From the human T2T-CHM13v2.0 reference genome, Homo sapiens: a stretch of DNA of 64,000 bases. How positions within the stretch are numbered: position 1 is the first letter of the stretch; every line of letters begins with the position of its first letter. The stretch lies in assembly GCF_009914755.1 (NCBI RefSeq), contig NC_060931.1. One strand, 5' to 3'. Below the pieces are notes generated by a model, which had not been told where the DNA came from, made no database searches, and saw only the letters and a program-made list of their open reading frames with translations. Shown one piece after another: positions 51,649-64,000 of this stretch. A program made the position numbers and the translations under genes.

Positions 51649-53381
51649 GAGACCGAAACCAGAGAGGGTCCTTGTGCAACTTTGTTTTCTGTCCTTGGTC
51701 CTGAAACCAGGAGACAATTGGTTGGTTGTTTAGGGCACTGATGATTCTTTACCAGTATGGTAAAGAGGGTAATTGCTCTGGGAGGTGAAAAGTGCGTAAG
51801 AATTTTGATCAGTATCTGTCTATCTGCCATCTATCATCTGTCTCATATTGCTTTATCTGTGTTCTCTCTCTCTCTCTCTCCCATTATTTATTTTCTGAGG
51901 GTAGAGCCTTGAATACTGGGTTTTAAAGTTCTTGATTGCTCTCAGCTTGTTCTGGGCACAGAGGATTTAAGGAATATTTGAGATTTGAACAAAACTGAAA
52001 AAAGACCAACTCTGCTAGTCGCGGCTCTGGCCCCCCTTTTTGGTGGAGGGGGAGTGGGATGTGGGGTTCTTCGGCCCATGCCTGCTGCTGGCCAGGCCCT
52101 TCCAAGACGCAGTGGCCTGGGACTATAGGATGTGGCTCCCCCGATCCAGCGCAGGAGCACAGCCCCTCCATGGGCTGTGTCTGGAATGCCGCACATAGCC
52201 ATCTCTGCCCCAAACAGCAGCCCCCTCTATATGATGGGGTTTTCGCTCCTGCCAGCAGCACAGACAGCCGCCTCACCTCCCCAGCATCCTCCCAGGGAGG
52301 CTGAGCCCATCCTCACCCACGACCCGGGGACACGTTTAATTTATCCGGCCCCTCCTCGACTACCAACTCCCCTCACCGGAGATGCCTGCCTGGGCCCTGA
52401 ATTCTGAGGCTGCCCACAGCAAGCCTGATACAGAGTCACACACCAGATGCACATTACAAAGAGCGTCACAGTGGAATGAGAGGAAAGCCTGTGAGAACAA
52501 ACGGATCTCCGGTGCTCAGCAGACTGATCTACTGCAAATCACCCCCGACGCAACCACCAACTCCGCCAGAGGAAATCACAAGTTTTCCATCTTCAGCAGC
52601 TCTTACGACTGCAAGATCCCACAGCTGCCTTTTGGGGGAGGTTGGGGCTTATGCCTTAGGGCGCCAGTCAGGTCCTTCCAGGAGAAGGCGGCACCAAGCC
52701 CAGCGTCGAACGAAGCAGGTCCTTCTCCCTTCACAAGCAGCATCCACGGCTCAGTGGTGCCCCTCGCCCCCACCGCTCTGCCCTGCCTTCCTCGCTGAAA
52801 CCTCCCAACACTGACGTCACCGGGGTGGGGCAGGAGCAGGAAGAGGCCCATGCTGCCATGTCCCATCCCAACACAGGGGCAGTCCTGCTGCCCTTTCGTT
52901 CTCTCCCATTGTGCCCTTGGCAGAAGAATATATTTCCACTCAACTGGCATCTTCCAGCTGTCCCCCAGACCCAGCCTCCCTCAGCTCCCATGGCAGGGTT
53001 AGGGGCACAAGCACCGCCCGTCAACCCTTCACAGAAGCTGGCAACAGAGTCAGGAATCTGAAGGGTAAAGGGAGCTCTTCCGCCAACAGGTGGCCGGTGT
53101 TGCTTCCCAGCGGGTTCCACCCACTGCCTAGCAGGCCATCTACATGGGGCAGACCACAGAGACAGGCTCCAGCAAGCTCAGGATGATGAAGACACATCCT
53201 ATCTTCGAGGACCCAGCTCGCAGAGAACAAAATCTGTGAACAATAATCACAACATGGCACACACAACACACGTCCCAAAATAAATCTTCACTAGGTACAG
53301 AGTTGGCACCAAATGGCTTTCTCCTACAAAATCAAAACAGCCTTGGAATGTCCTTCTTTACTAGATCAACAGATGGTTGTC

Positions 53382-54012
<631 letters not shown>

Positions 54013-54050
54013 AGAACAAAACCTGGTCTCCTCCCCTCAGAGAACACTGC

Positions 54051-54790
54051 AGCTCCCGCGCAGGTCAGACGGCTCCCGGGCAGGTCAGGCGGCTCCCGGG
54101 CAGGTCAGGCGGCTCCCGAGCAGGTTGCTCCCACGCAGGTCGCTCCCACGCAGGTCAGGCGGCTCCCGCGCAGGTCGCTCCCACGCAGGTCAGGCAGCTC
54201 CCGCGCAGGTCAGACAGCTCCCGGGCAGGTCAGGCGGCTCCCGTGAAGGTCAGGGGGCTCCCGTGCAGGTCGCTCCCACGCAGGTCAGGCGGCTCCCGCG
54301 CAGGTCACTCCCACGCAGGTCAGGTGGCTCCCGCACAGGTCAGGCGGCTCCCACGCAGGTCGCTCCCACGCAGGTCGCTCCCACGCAGGTCAGAGGGCTC
54401 CCGCGCAGGTCACTCCCAGGCAGGTGGCTCCCGCGCAGGTCAGGCGGCTCCTGTGCAGGTCGCTCCTGGGCAGGTCGCTCCCGCGCAGGGCAGGCGGCTC
54501 CCGGGCAGGGCAGGCGGCTCCCACGCAGGTCAGGCGGCTCCCGCGCAGGTCAGGCGGCTCCCACGCAGGTCGCTCCCACGCAGGTCAGAGGGCTCCCGTG
54601 CAGGTCACTCCCAGGCAGGTGGCTCCCGCGCAGGTCAGGCGGCTCCTGTGCAGGTCGCTCCTGGGCAGGTCGCTCCCGCGCAGGGCAGGCGGCTCCCGCG
54701 CAGGTCAGACGGCTCCCACGCAGGTCAGGCGGCTCCCACGCAGTTTAGGCAGCTCCCGCGCAGGTCAGGCAGCTCCCGTGCAGGTTAGAC
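54051..54790. repeat. CpG-rich minisatellite of interspersed 20-bp and 15-bp units
   Basis: GCAGGTCAGGCGGCTCCCGC (20 bp) and GCAGGTCGCTCCCAC (15 bp); contains a 195-bp block duplication. Confidence 0.95.
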
Positions 54791-55347
54791 ATCTTTTCTG
54801 CCATCATGGGCTCTGATTCCCCAACCTGGTGCCATGGTCCACTCAGTCGCTTCTTGGCCCTGCAGGTACAAGCCAGCCAGTCCACAAAGGTCACGGCCGC
54901 CGCTCCGCTCAACCCGTGGCTGGCTGTGCTCGGGTGTGTTTCCTCACCTCTCTCTCTGAAGAGCTGAGAACAGGCCCCTCCTGGCCTACGCTTTCTCATC
55001 ATGTAGCTGTATTTCTGGGCTCACACCTTTAGAACCCACTGAGATTTCTAAAGCTCCTCCTCTAGTGAGCAACCTGGGATGTTTGTGCTCAAAGAAAACA
55101 GCGTTTCCAGAGCACCATGGCGCCTAGAAGTGGGCTGGCCAATGTGGTCAGGAAGGAAGGGTGACTTGGGACCCTCACACTGACTGTGCATGGAAACCCC
55201 CGTGGTCCACTCTCCTAGTGAGGCACCTCGCCCTCTTCCCAGCATTCCCAGCAGCACTATTGATAAAGCTCTCCTGGTAAGGCACCTCGCCATCTTCCCA
55301 GCAGTAGCTATTGGTTAACTTCATAGACCCCCTTTTAAATAATTCTT

Positions 55348-55645
<298 letters not shown>

Positions 55646-56118
55646 TCTTTTAAAATAATTCTTACATAACAGGTAACTTCAGTCCAGACACAAATACTAA
55701 ATTAGTAGACTCCAAATGTATTGTTGGATTGTCTCTAGCCTATGGCCATGTTCTCTTCTTTAGATCCTGAGGCCGCAGGGTGCAGCTTTCCATTTGTAAA
55801 CTGTCCCTGGGGTGCTGCCCCAGGGGGTGCTGAGCAGTGAACACTGCCCAGCTACCAGTTGGTCCCAGGGACATGAAGGCCTGGCACCTGCAGAGCCCAG
55901 CGGAGGCAGGGTACCTCCAGCCAATATTTCCAGGCACCTAGAGGCAGGTGTGTCCTCACAAATGGAGCCTGTGAAAAAACAGGTGCAGCAATGAGGGACC
56001 CAAAGGTGAGCAGGGAAAGAGTCTCCATAATTTGGCACAGAGAGGAGCAGGATTCTCCTCAGTATTCACGCCAAGCCAGGCAGGTCCTTGCACCTTCTGG
56101 ATACATCAGTGCTAGACT

Positions 56119-56142
56119 AAAAAAAAAAAAAAAAAAAAAAAA
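56119..56142. repeat. Isolated poly(A), ~24 nt
   Basis: Pure A run with no recognisable Alu/L1 body upstream. Confidence 0.9.
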
Positions 56143-57215
56143 GCAGTAATCTGGAGTCCTTCCTCTGGGGTGCCACTCAGCTTCTCTGGACAGGAGGCTC
56201 TCAGACTGCACACCAAGAGATGAGGCCCAGAAGACAGAGACCTCTCACCTCTTAACACCTCCCCAGGTCTGACCAGGGGTTAATTATGACTGTATGTCAT
56301 GTTTCCAATGAGGAGGAGCTGGATCCCCGAGGTCTGCAGGCAGCAGGGAGGGGCCACACTGGGGGGTCCAGAGGCCCAGGAAGACTCTCAAACCCAGACC
56401 CAGTGAGGCCCTGCCTGGCCCCAGATCCCGACAGAGCAGAGGCCACAAAGTGATGGTTCTCCCGGAGCCCCCAGCAGGAATTCTTCCAGTGCTTGGAGGA
56501 GATTCTTCTCTCATGTTTTCTTTGTTCTTCATCACCCCATTTAAAAAGGAATAATAAGAAAAATATTTTGTATAAAAATGAATTTCTATTGCTCTCATTA
56601 CACAATGTTTTCTTAAAGAGAAGCAAAAAAGAAGAAAATAAAATGCATTCACCACATCCTACTCATACTTCTCAACACTGTAATATTTTAACGATCCATA
56701 TGAGGTCATACCATATGTACTTTTTTGATACCTGACTTTTTCTTTCTCAGAATGACACACTTCCATCTTTCCAGGCCAATACCCAGCCTGGCAGGACTCC
56801 ACCATGAGGCACATCCACTTGTTCACCTGCCTCCCTCTTACCGAATATTCGTTCCCAATGCAAATAACGACTGTCCCATCGCAGGGTGCAGAGGAGATAG
56901 GCTGTTCACTCAGCCTGAGCAGTTCCTCTTTCTGAGATGTGACCACAGGAGGTGACCGCGGGGATACCTCACCCAGCCAGCTTTTCAGGGCCCCCTCTGA
57001 GGCTGCAATCACCCCTGCATCACCTTTTGGCCCCTTCCCTGCCACTCCCTCTCACAGAAGTGATGTCAGTAAAGAATGGACACAGGCTGCCTCCCTCATG
57101 ACTGGGGTCCTTGGTCCCAGGGACCCTGGAAGGCCTGGAGCAAAGAAGGTCATCTGAGAGGTGAGGCGATGTCAAAGAACAAAATCCTCCCAGCTGTTGT
57201 CTCCCCACTTACATA

Positions 57216-57708
57216 TTTTTTTATTGTGGTAAAAATAGAATAAAATGTACCATCTTAATCATTTCTAAATCTTCAGTTCACTAGTGTTAACTATGCACAT
57301 TGTTCTCCAACAGATCCCCAGAATTTTCTCACCTTCCCAAACTGAAACTCTGTCCCGATTAAACACTGACTCCCCTTTCCCCTGCTCCGTTCCACTTTCT
57401 GTTCCTGTGAACTTGATGATTCTAACCACCTCGTATCAAACAGCATTTGTCCTTTTAGGACCGGCTTCTTTCACTCAGCATAATGTATTCAAAGGCCACC
57501 CATGGTGTAGCACGCTGAAGACTGGGTAATAAGTCCACCGTGTGGATGGATGGACCACATCTTGCTTACCACTCATCCGTCAGTGGACACTTGGGTGGCT
57601 TCTAACCTTCGGTTATTGTGAATAGTGCTGCTATGAGCATGGATGTGCCAATATCTGTCCAGGTCCCTACTTCTGATGGTTTCAGGTATGTATGTACCCA
57701 GAAGTGGG
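57216..57708 (-). mobile_element. L1MB-family 3' end
   Basis: 'tttattgtggtaaaa..aaaatgtaccatcttaatcattt', 'ttcactcagcataatg', 'tcatccgtcagtggacacttggg', 'attgtgaatagtgctgctatga', 'tacccagaagtggg'. Confidence 0.88.
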
Positions 57709-58959
57709 CGTGTTTTAACGCTTACCTCATATAGTTTCTGATCATGTGCACGAACACTTAGAGTAATAGGCAAATGTTTTGGCCTCGCTAGGGGACAAAT
57801 GGGGGGTTTGCTTATTTTACATGAATTGCTGGACTGCTAGGTGAAAGTGGAACTGATATTCTTTGAGACCCTACTAAGTGTCAACATGCAGAGAACACAA
57901 CGTGTAAGAACGGTGACCACTTGCGCTCCGCGCGCAGGACTGTGCTGGGACCGTGTGGCGGTTCCTCACTGTGTCCCCAGGCAGTCTCACAAGGCAGGTG
58001 TGGCCATCGCCTCACCTTCAGCAGAAACCCACCATGAGCAGGGGCACATGGGCGGCACTTTTCATGAAGCCCTTTGAGAACAGACATCAACCATGTGAAT
58101 GTTACTCCTTAAGTTAGAGCCAAAGATATTTGGTTTGCCAAAAACACATGACTAGAACACTGCATCTTGAACAGCTTTAAAAGAAGGCAGCTGTCCTAAC
58201 CTGCATCCTCCCAGCAGGGTACAGGTTAAAAAACCTAAAGCAACGCAGCCTTGCATCGAAGAGAAATCTTGTCCATATGTTGTTCCTTCACGTGTGACTG
58301 GGCATCGGTTGATTAATCTGATTTTTGTAGTCCATGCATGTCAATAAGGCCCATTCACATGTCAGAATGTGCACAGGGTTATTCTGTTAGTGTGGCAAGA
58401 AGGGCAGGGCCTGGGAATCGGGAGCCCTGTTTCTAATTTTAGTGAAGTCTTCCACCCTTGATCTTGATGAATACTTGATCAAGTCAATAAATATCAAAGA
58501 TTAAGAAAGATTACGTAGATCGGGACATTAGATTACTTAATTCTCATAGTTCCTTGAAGTCAGAATTTCCAATGATTCTAGAAGTAATAACCCCAGTAAT
58601 TCTCATTACTACTTCAAGGTATTTTTGAAAATTACAATTCTGTAACACCCGTTGCCTTAGAAGTCTCCCCAGGTCTAAGAGATAAACCCCTGCCTGAGAA
58701 AATCCCCCTGACAGCTCTTCGGGGGTGTGGGGCTCCTTCTGTAAAGAGGAAAATGCCGCTTCTGCAGGACATGGGTGACCTTGAGCAACTGCATGTTTTC
58801 TCACCAAATACAAGGAATTTTTTAAAGAAAAGACCAAATGGTGTTACACACCAGAAGGTTTGGGTGATATTTCAATTTTTTTTATTTTAAAGCAAGTATA
58901 AACTTTTTCTGATAATTCATTGGCTTCTGCACTGACTCAGACCTTGATGCTCTAATTGT

Positions 58960-59080
58960 GGCCTCAAGACTGGCAGCTTTGGCCTCCCCAGGGCTGGTCA
59001 GAAATGCAGAATATTGGGTCTAACATACCTCAGAAAATGCACTTTGACATTTAACAATCCTGAATGACTCAAAAGCATAG
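58960..59080. mobile_element. Possible MER5-like hAT fragment
   Basis: 'ctggtcagaaatgcagaatattggg' and 'catttaacaa' loosely resemble MER5A. Confidence 0.35.
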
Positions 59081-59440
59081 CACAGGTCTGTGCACAGTCC
59101 CTGTGCAAGACAAGACACTTCCGACAGGGGAGATGGCCCGGGCCAACACCAGGACCAAACTCTCACTAGGGGGGACCGTGCCACCCCCCACAGTAGCAGC
59201 AGCTCTCCCTACCTCCCATCCCCACTGCCCGTGGCCCTGGAACACCACAATTTGGGTGAAGCATTGCAGCCCAGCAAGCGTGGTCCCCAAGAAGAGGAAC
59301 ACTGAGAGGAAGCTCACTGAGGGCTGAGACACTGAGCTGCAGACCTGCCTCTCTCTCGTGCGAAGAGATTCACAAAGGGGCCAATGAACACATGTCTTTT
59401 GAGATCTCATGACCTCCAAGAGAAGTCTCTCTGTCAGGAA

Positions 59441-59800
59441 ATGTCTTAGCTGGAACTGTAACAGAATGCCACAGGTCGGGTGGCCTGGAAACAACAGACC
59501 TTGATTTCTCACAGCTCTGAAGGCTGTGAAGTCGGAGAGCAGGGCACCAGGAGACTCGGCATCCCAAGGTCCTGCTTCCTGGATCATAGATGACGCCTTC
59601 TCGCCATGGTCTCACTCCATGAAGGGGGCGAGGAAGCTCTCTGGAGCTGCCTTATTAGTGACTGATGAGCTCGAATCCCATCAGGAGCATCCACCTTTGA
59701 GACCTTGTCACCTCCCAAAGCCCCCATCTCCTAACACCAGCATGTCAGGAGCTAGGTTTCAACACATGCACTTGCGGGGACAAACACCCAGACCAGAACA
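59441..59800 (-). mobile_element. MLT1A-like solo LTR
   Basis: 'tgtcttag..ctgtaacagaatgccaca', 'atttctcacagctctgaaggctgtgaagtc', 'tcacctcccaaagcccccatctcctaacacca', 'tttcaacacatg..acaaacacccagacca'. Confidence 0.85.
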
Positions 59801-61514
59801 GGAAGAGGGCAAATAGCCTTACTCCTCCATCTGCCCTTTACATGAAAAATATAATCGTGGAATCAACTGCGGCAACAGCAGCAGAGGAAATGCAAATCAA
59901 TGCAGCGAAACCCAGGGCCTGTCAGCATTAAGACACCCATTCCACCTCCCACAAACAAACCCAGTGTTATGTTAAAGTTTCCTATTATTAATAGTCCATT
60001 TAGCACTTGAAAGCCACAAGGCTGATTGTGCATGAAGCCCTGTGTGCTTGCTTGGGAGCCTGAAGGAGAGTGTGTTGAGTGATAATGGCGTGAAGGCAAA
60101 GCTCTTGGAAGACCGCTGGCCTGAATCATACGTGAAGCCTTGCCACGTCAGGATCAATGACGCTCCCAGGGGCACATACCTCAACAGAATGGGACACAGC
60201 TCAACAATCCCATGTATGGACAATGTGAATTAACTAAACAACAAAGCCTTCATCATGCTGAGTGCAGGCCCTTTAAAGACCAGAATGTGTCCCCATCCGT
60301 TCCAGCATTAGTGCATGGCAGAGGCCGAGAGCGGAGTGTTTCCCACAGCAAATGTTTCCTGGCCCAGGAAAACCTACATTGAGGGGGCAGGGTGTGGTCC
60401 TCCTGGTTTCAGAGAAATCAACCACGGCCACAGCCTCGTCCACATAGAGCCTCTCGAAGCCTTGCACGGACAAAGAAGGTATCTGCTGGTGCAGTGCCAC
60501 CGAAGAAGAGAGGTCCTACCTGAAACCTCACAGGGAAATTTGTGCCTTCTCCCAAGGCAGGACCACAAGTTTGCAGCTCGAGACCTTGTCCAGGGTCCTA
60601 AAATGGCTTCTTGGAAAATATGAAATTGCTGACCGATCCCCAGCATCAACTTCGCCAATAGCCTTGTGCTTCTCGTTCAAAGCAAGAAGTACCCAAGTGG
60701 AACGCAGATACGGCACGTCAGTGAGAACAAAAGCATCACAAAATGCAAGTCTTATTACTGCAGCAGTTTGCAAGTTGGCCGTGATGTCTCATAATATGAA
60801 GTTTGGGTGAGGCGGTGCCAAAACCCAGCTGGTGCAAGCTAAAAAAATGACCAAGATATAAGGCCGTGGAAATGCAACTTGATTACAACAAACACTTAGT
60901 GGAGCTAATCACACAGCATTCAGATGCTCCCAGCCCACCCCGATGGGAGTGTTGGATGAAGAATCCTGCAGCTCTCGCCGGGGACATCTGAACATCCTTG
61001 TTAGCTCAGGGCACACCCTCTGCAGAGACTCACAGGCATGTGGCGTGGCAGTACATGAGCACTGATGTGTGAGGGGAGAAGAGAGGGGCCTTCCATCTAG
61101 GGGCACAGTCTCCCTCCCTTCCCCTTATCCCTCAGATTGTGAAGAAACAAGTGAGGTCTTTGATTAGATGCCTATTTTTTAGGGAATGGTCTTTTCTGTT
61201 TATAGGATCTATGCATAGCATATATTTCTAAGATTGGGGTCATTCCTTACACCTGGATTTGTTCTCCAGTAAGTGGTTAGAACTTGGGCTCTGATGCCAC
61301 AGTGCCTGGGATGTCTACGAAACACACATCATGACAGCTCCTGCATCAGGGGGCTGCTGGGATGATTAAACAAAATTATACAAAGATGATACAAAGAAAG
61401 GGCTAGGGCAGCACTTGCGGGGGGCACAGCCAGCTCTGGATCTGAGTTAACTGTTGCCATACGTCTTGTTAATCACAGGTCTAGGGACTGTCCCGTACCT
61501 CCACACAAAGACCT

Positions 61515-61745
61515 ACCTCATTCTTTCCAACAGCTGCAGGATATTCTGTGGTGTGAATATGATATATTTAACTAACCTCTTGCTTATGAAAAATCAAGTT
61601 GTTTCAAATGAGTATTATGACAAAAAAAAAGGCAGCAATGAACACGCTTATGCAAACATCTTTGCACATGTGTGCAAGTAAGTTTGTAAGGAAAATTCCT
61701 AGAAGTGGGATTTGGGGGTAATAGAATTGTACATTTTGTGATGGA
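61515..61745 (-). mobile_element. Old L1M (L1ME-like) fragment
   Basis: 'cagctgcaggatattctgtggtgtgaatat..atatttaac', 'gcagcaatgaaca', 'attcctagaagtgggat'. Confidence 0.6.
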
Positions 61746-62672
61746 TACAGCCAATCGACCTGTGAGCAGCTGAGCTGACTCCCACCTCCATCACCAGGAC
61801 GTGAGGCTGCCAGGCACCACCCCCATCACCAACACCAGCAAGGCCAGCTGTGCGGCTGCCATCCCAGTGCTCCTGAAGCATGGAACCAACACGAAGCAGC
61901 ACGGGGCTAGGCAGTTGCCAGGGAGCCAGGAGACGGGTGCATGCCAGGCCCTGGCCCCAGCCCCCAAGCCCCCTGCCCACCCTTCATGCCCCAGGAATAC
62001 CTGGCTTGACTCCTCACCTTCCACTGCACCCTCCAGCTCCATCTAGACCCTTTCCCTCAGCATGGCAGCTTCACCCACACATGTTTATTTAAAGCACAGG
62101 CAAAGAATGCCAGTGGTAAGGCCAGAGGGCGGGCAGCTCAGCACGGCAGACCACAGATCCCTTCTCAGCCCAGGAAATGGCTCTGTGGCCCATATCAGCC
62201 AGGAAAATGAAGGGTCACAGACGCCCTGCTGGGAGCTAAAGAGAAATGTGTGCAAATCTAAGGAGAAATGTGCAAGGCTCGTGCCTTCCCTGTGGTGTGT
62301 GCCTGCTCTTTAATGAGAGTTGCATTCTCCTGAGGGAGACCCTGCGCAGGCCCTGCCCCACGTAACGGCTTTACACAAACTCTAAAAAGTCATCCCAGCC
62401 ATGCATGGACCCAGGGATGCTGACACCATTCAGAAAATTGTATTGTGGAGGAAGGCAAGGATGAAACAAACAAGGCATGGAGGCTTCTGCTCTATAAAAC
62501 TATGAGGTTCCCAGGAACATGACACAGTCCGTGCTACATCAGATCTGAGTATCAGGATCCAGCCGTATTTGACTTTTAGAGCTGCAATCTATACAGGCAT
62601 ATTTGTGGCTACATAAACATAGATTATCAGAATGGAACTAAATATGCAGCTTTTAAATACAACCACACCAAA

Positions 62673-62729
62673 GGGAACTTTGCAAATTACCGGGAACTTT
62701 GCAAATTCCCAGGAACTTTGCAAATTACC
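62673..62729. repeat. 19-bp tandem repeat, 3 copies
   Basis: RGGAACTTTGCAAATTMCC at 62673, 62692 and 62711. Confidence 0.9.
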
Positions 62730-63199
62730 TCTCATCCTGAGAGGTGAGACAGAGCCAGCTCTGGGCTGTGGCTGGTCATCTCAACCCCAGGTGCCACAGG
62801 CCATCTGGACACCACCTCTGCTGAGCACAAAGGTGGACGTGTCCCCAAAATAGCAGCTTTGCTCAGAATTCCAAACAGGGCCTCAGCTCAATGGTGAGAA
62901 ATCTTAACTCGGACGGCAAACTTCCCGTCTGGGATCTGCAGGCTTCAACAACTGTCAAAGCACGGGAAAATCCCCAGGAAGAAAGTAAGCAAAGGCACGG
63001 TAGACGCCAAGGGTCCAGGAGTCGCCCTCTGTTACTTCATGACTCCAACTTACTTTCTACACACAAGACATAGAAACCATCTCATGCAAGCCCCCCAGGA
63101 ACCCTGGAGGCAGGCACTGTTCCCGTAGTTACCCGCACGTCTAGAGACTGTCCCACATCTCCAAACACAGATCTGCCTATTGTCTCTGCCAGATGCAGG

Positions 63200-63268
63200 A
63201 TATTCTGATGAGGAAACCGAGGCATGGAGCTTCTTAGGAACTTTCCACAGGTCACCTGACACTAAGCC
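63200..63268 (-). mobile_element. MIR core fragment
   Basis: 'gatgaggaaaccgaggca..aactttccacaggtcac'. Confidence 0.5.
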
Positions 63269-63403
63269 CACAACACTGTCCTCTAAATATTTAGGACACC
63301 TATATTTTCCTTTGTGTCAGCCATTTCTCTCCCTTTAAAAATCTCTCCCTGAGATTATGGATAATTTTGATAACTTTGAGAATCAATAAAATTACTCTTT
63401 TTA

Positions 63404-63726
<323 letters not shown>

Positions 63727-64000
63727 GAAGTGGCCAAGCTTTAGCTCCTGAGCAATTCCAGAAGAGACTCAGCCATCGAGCTGACTGTAGCCTCCCGAGG
63801 ACAAGCTTTGGGAAACAGGCCCCATAGCGGGCACTTGGCAGCCCCGGGCCAGGCATCCTGCCACAAGCACCGCACAAAAGGTACTCTGCAGGTGACTGGG
63901 CATTTAAAGGACTAGGGAGCCCTGGACACTTGAAACTGAAGTCCTTTCTCAATTTCTGAATTCCCTCCTCTAAAGGTCTCCATCCTGGATCTTGTTAGAG

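Noticed and set aside
54125-54816. Arg/Gly/Ala-rich ORFs, or a possible SVA VNTR
   Set aside because: A simple minisatellite with no CCCTCT hexamer, Alu-like region or SINE-R domain.

Overview
Primate (human-like) non-coding genomic DNA. It carries AluJ/S/Y elements, a FLAM, L1PA/L1M, L2, MIR, MLT1 LTRs and MER8/MER30 DNA transposons. It also holds about 13 GC-rich minisatellites (roughly 10 kb, about 16% of the window), a density typical of distal/subtelomeric chromosome bands. I recognise no multi-exon CDS, RNA gene or CRISPR array. Almost all long ORFs in the track are stop-free translations of tandem repeats or Alus. The window is most consistent with a large intron or intergenic block, and I cannot name a host gene. 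Two minus-strand exon candidates are visible: a 48-nt cassette at 9910-9957 and a possible alternative first coding exon at 38787-38967 behind an NRF1-like site. I see no convincing new biological system. The best leads are (i) minisatellites that multiply transcription-factor motifs, notably a ~56-unit 47-bp array carrying TGACGTGG (UPRE) overlapping a SOX site, (ii) an LTR-born minisatellite whose unit has been copied into a different minisatellite 1.4 kb away, and (iii) recurring two-length VNTRs with higher-order block duplications. Repeat subfamily calls come from recalled consensus sequences, boundaries are approximate, and nothing was run computationally.
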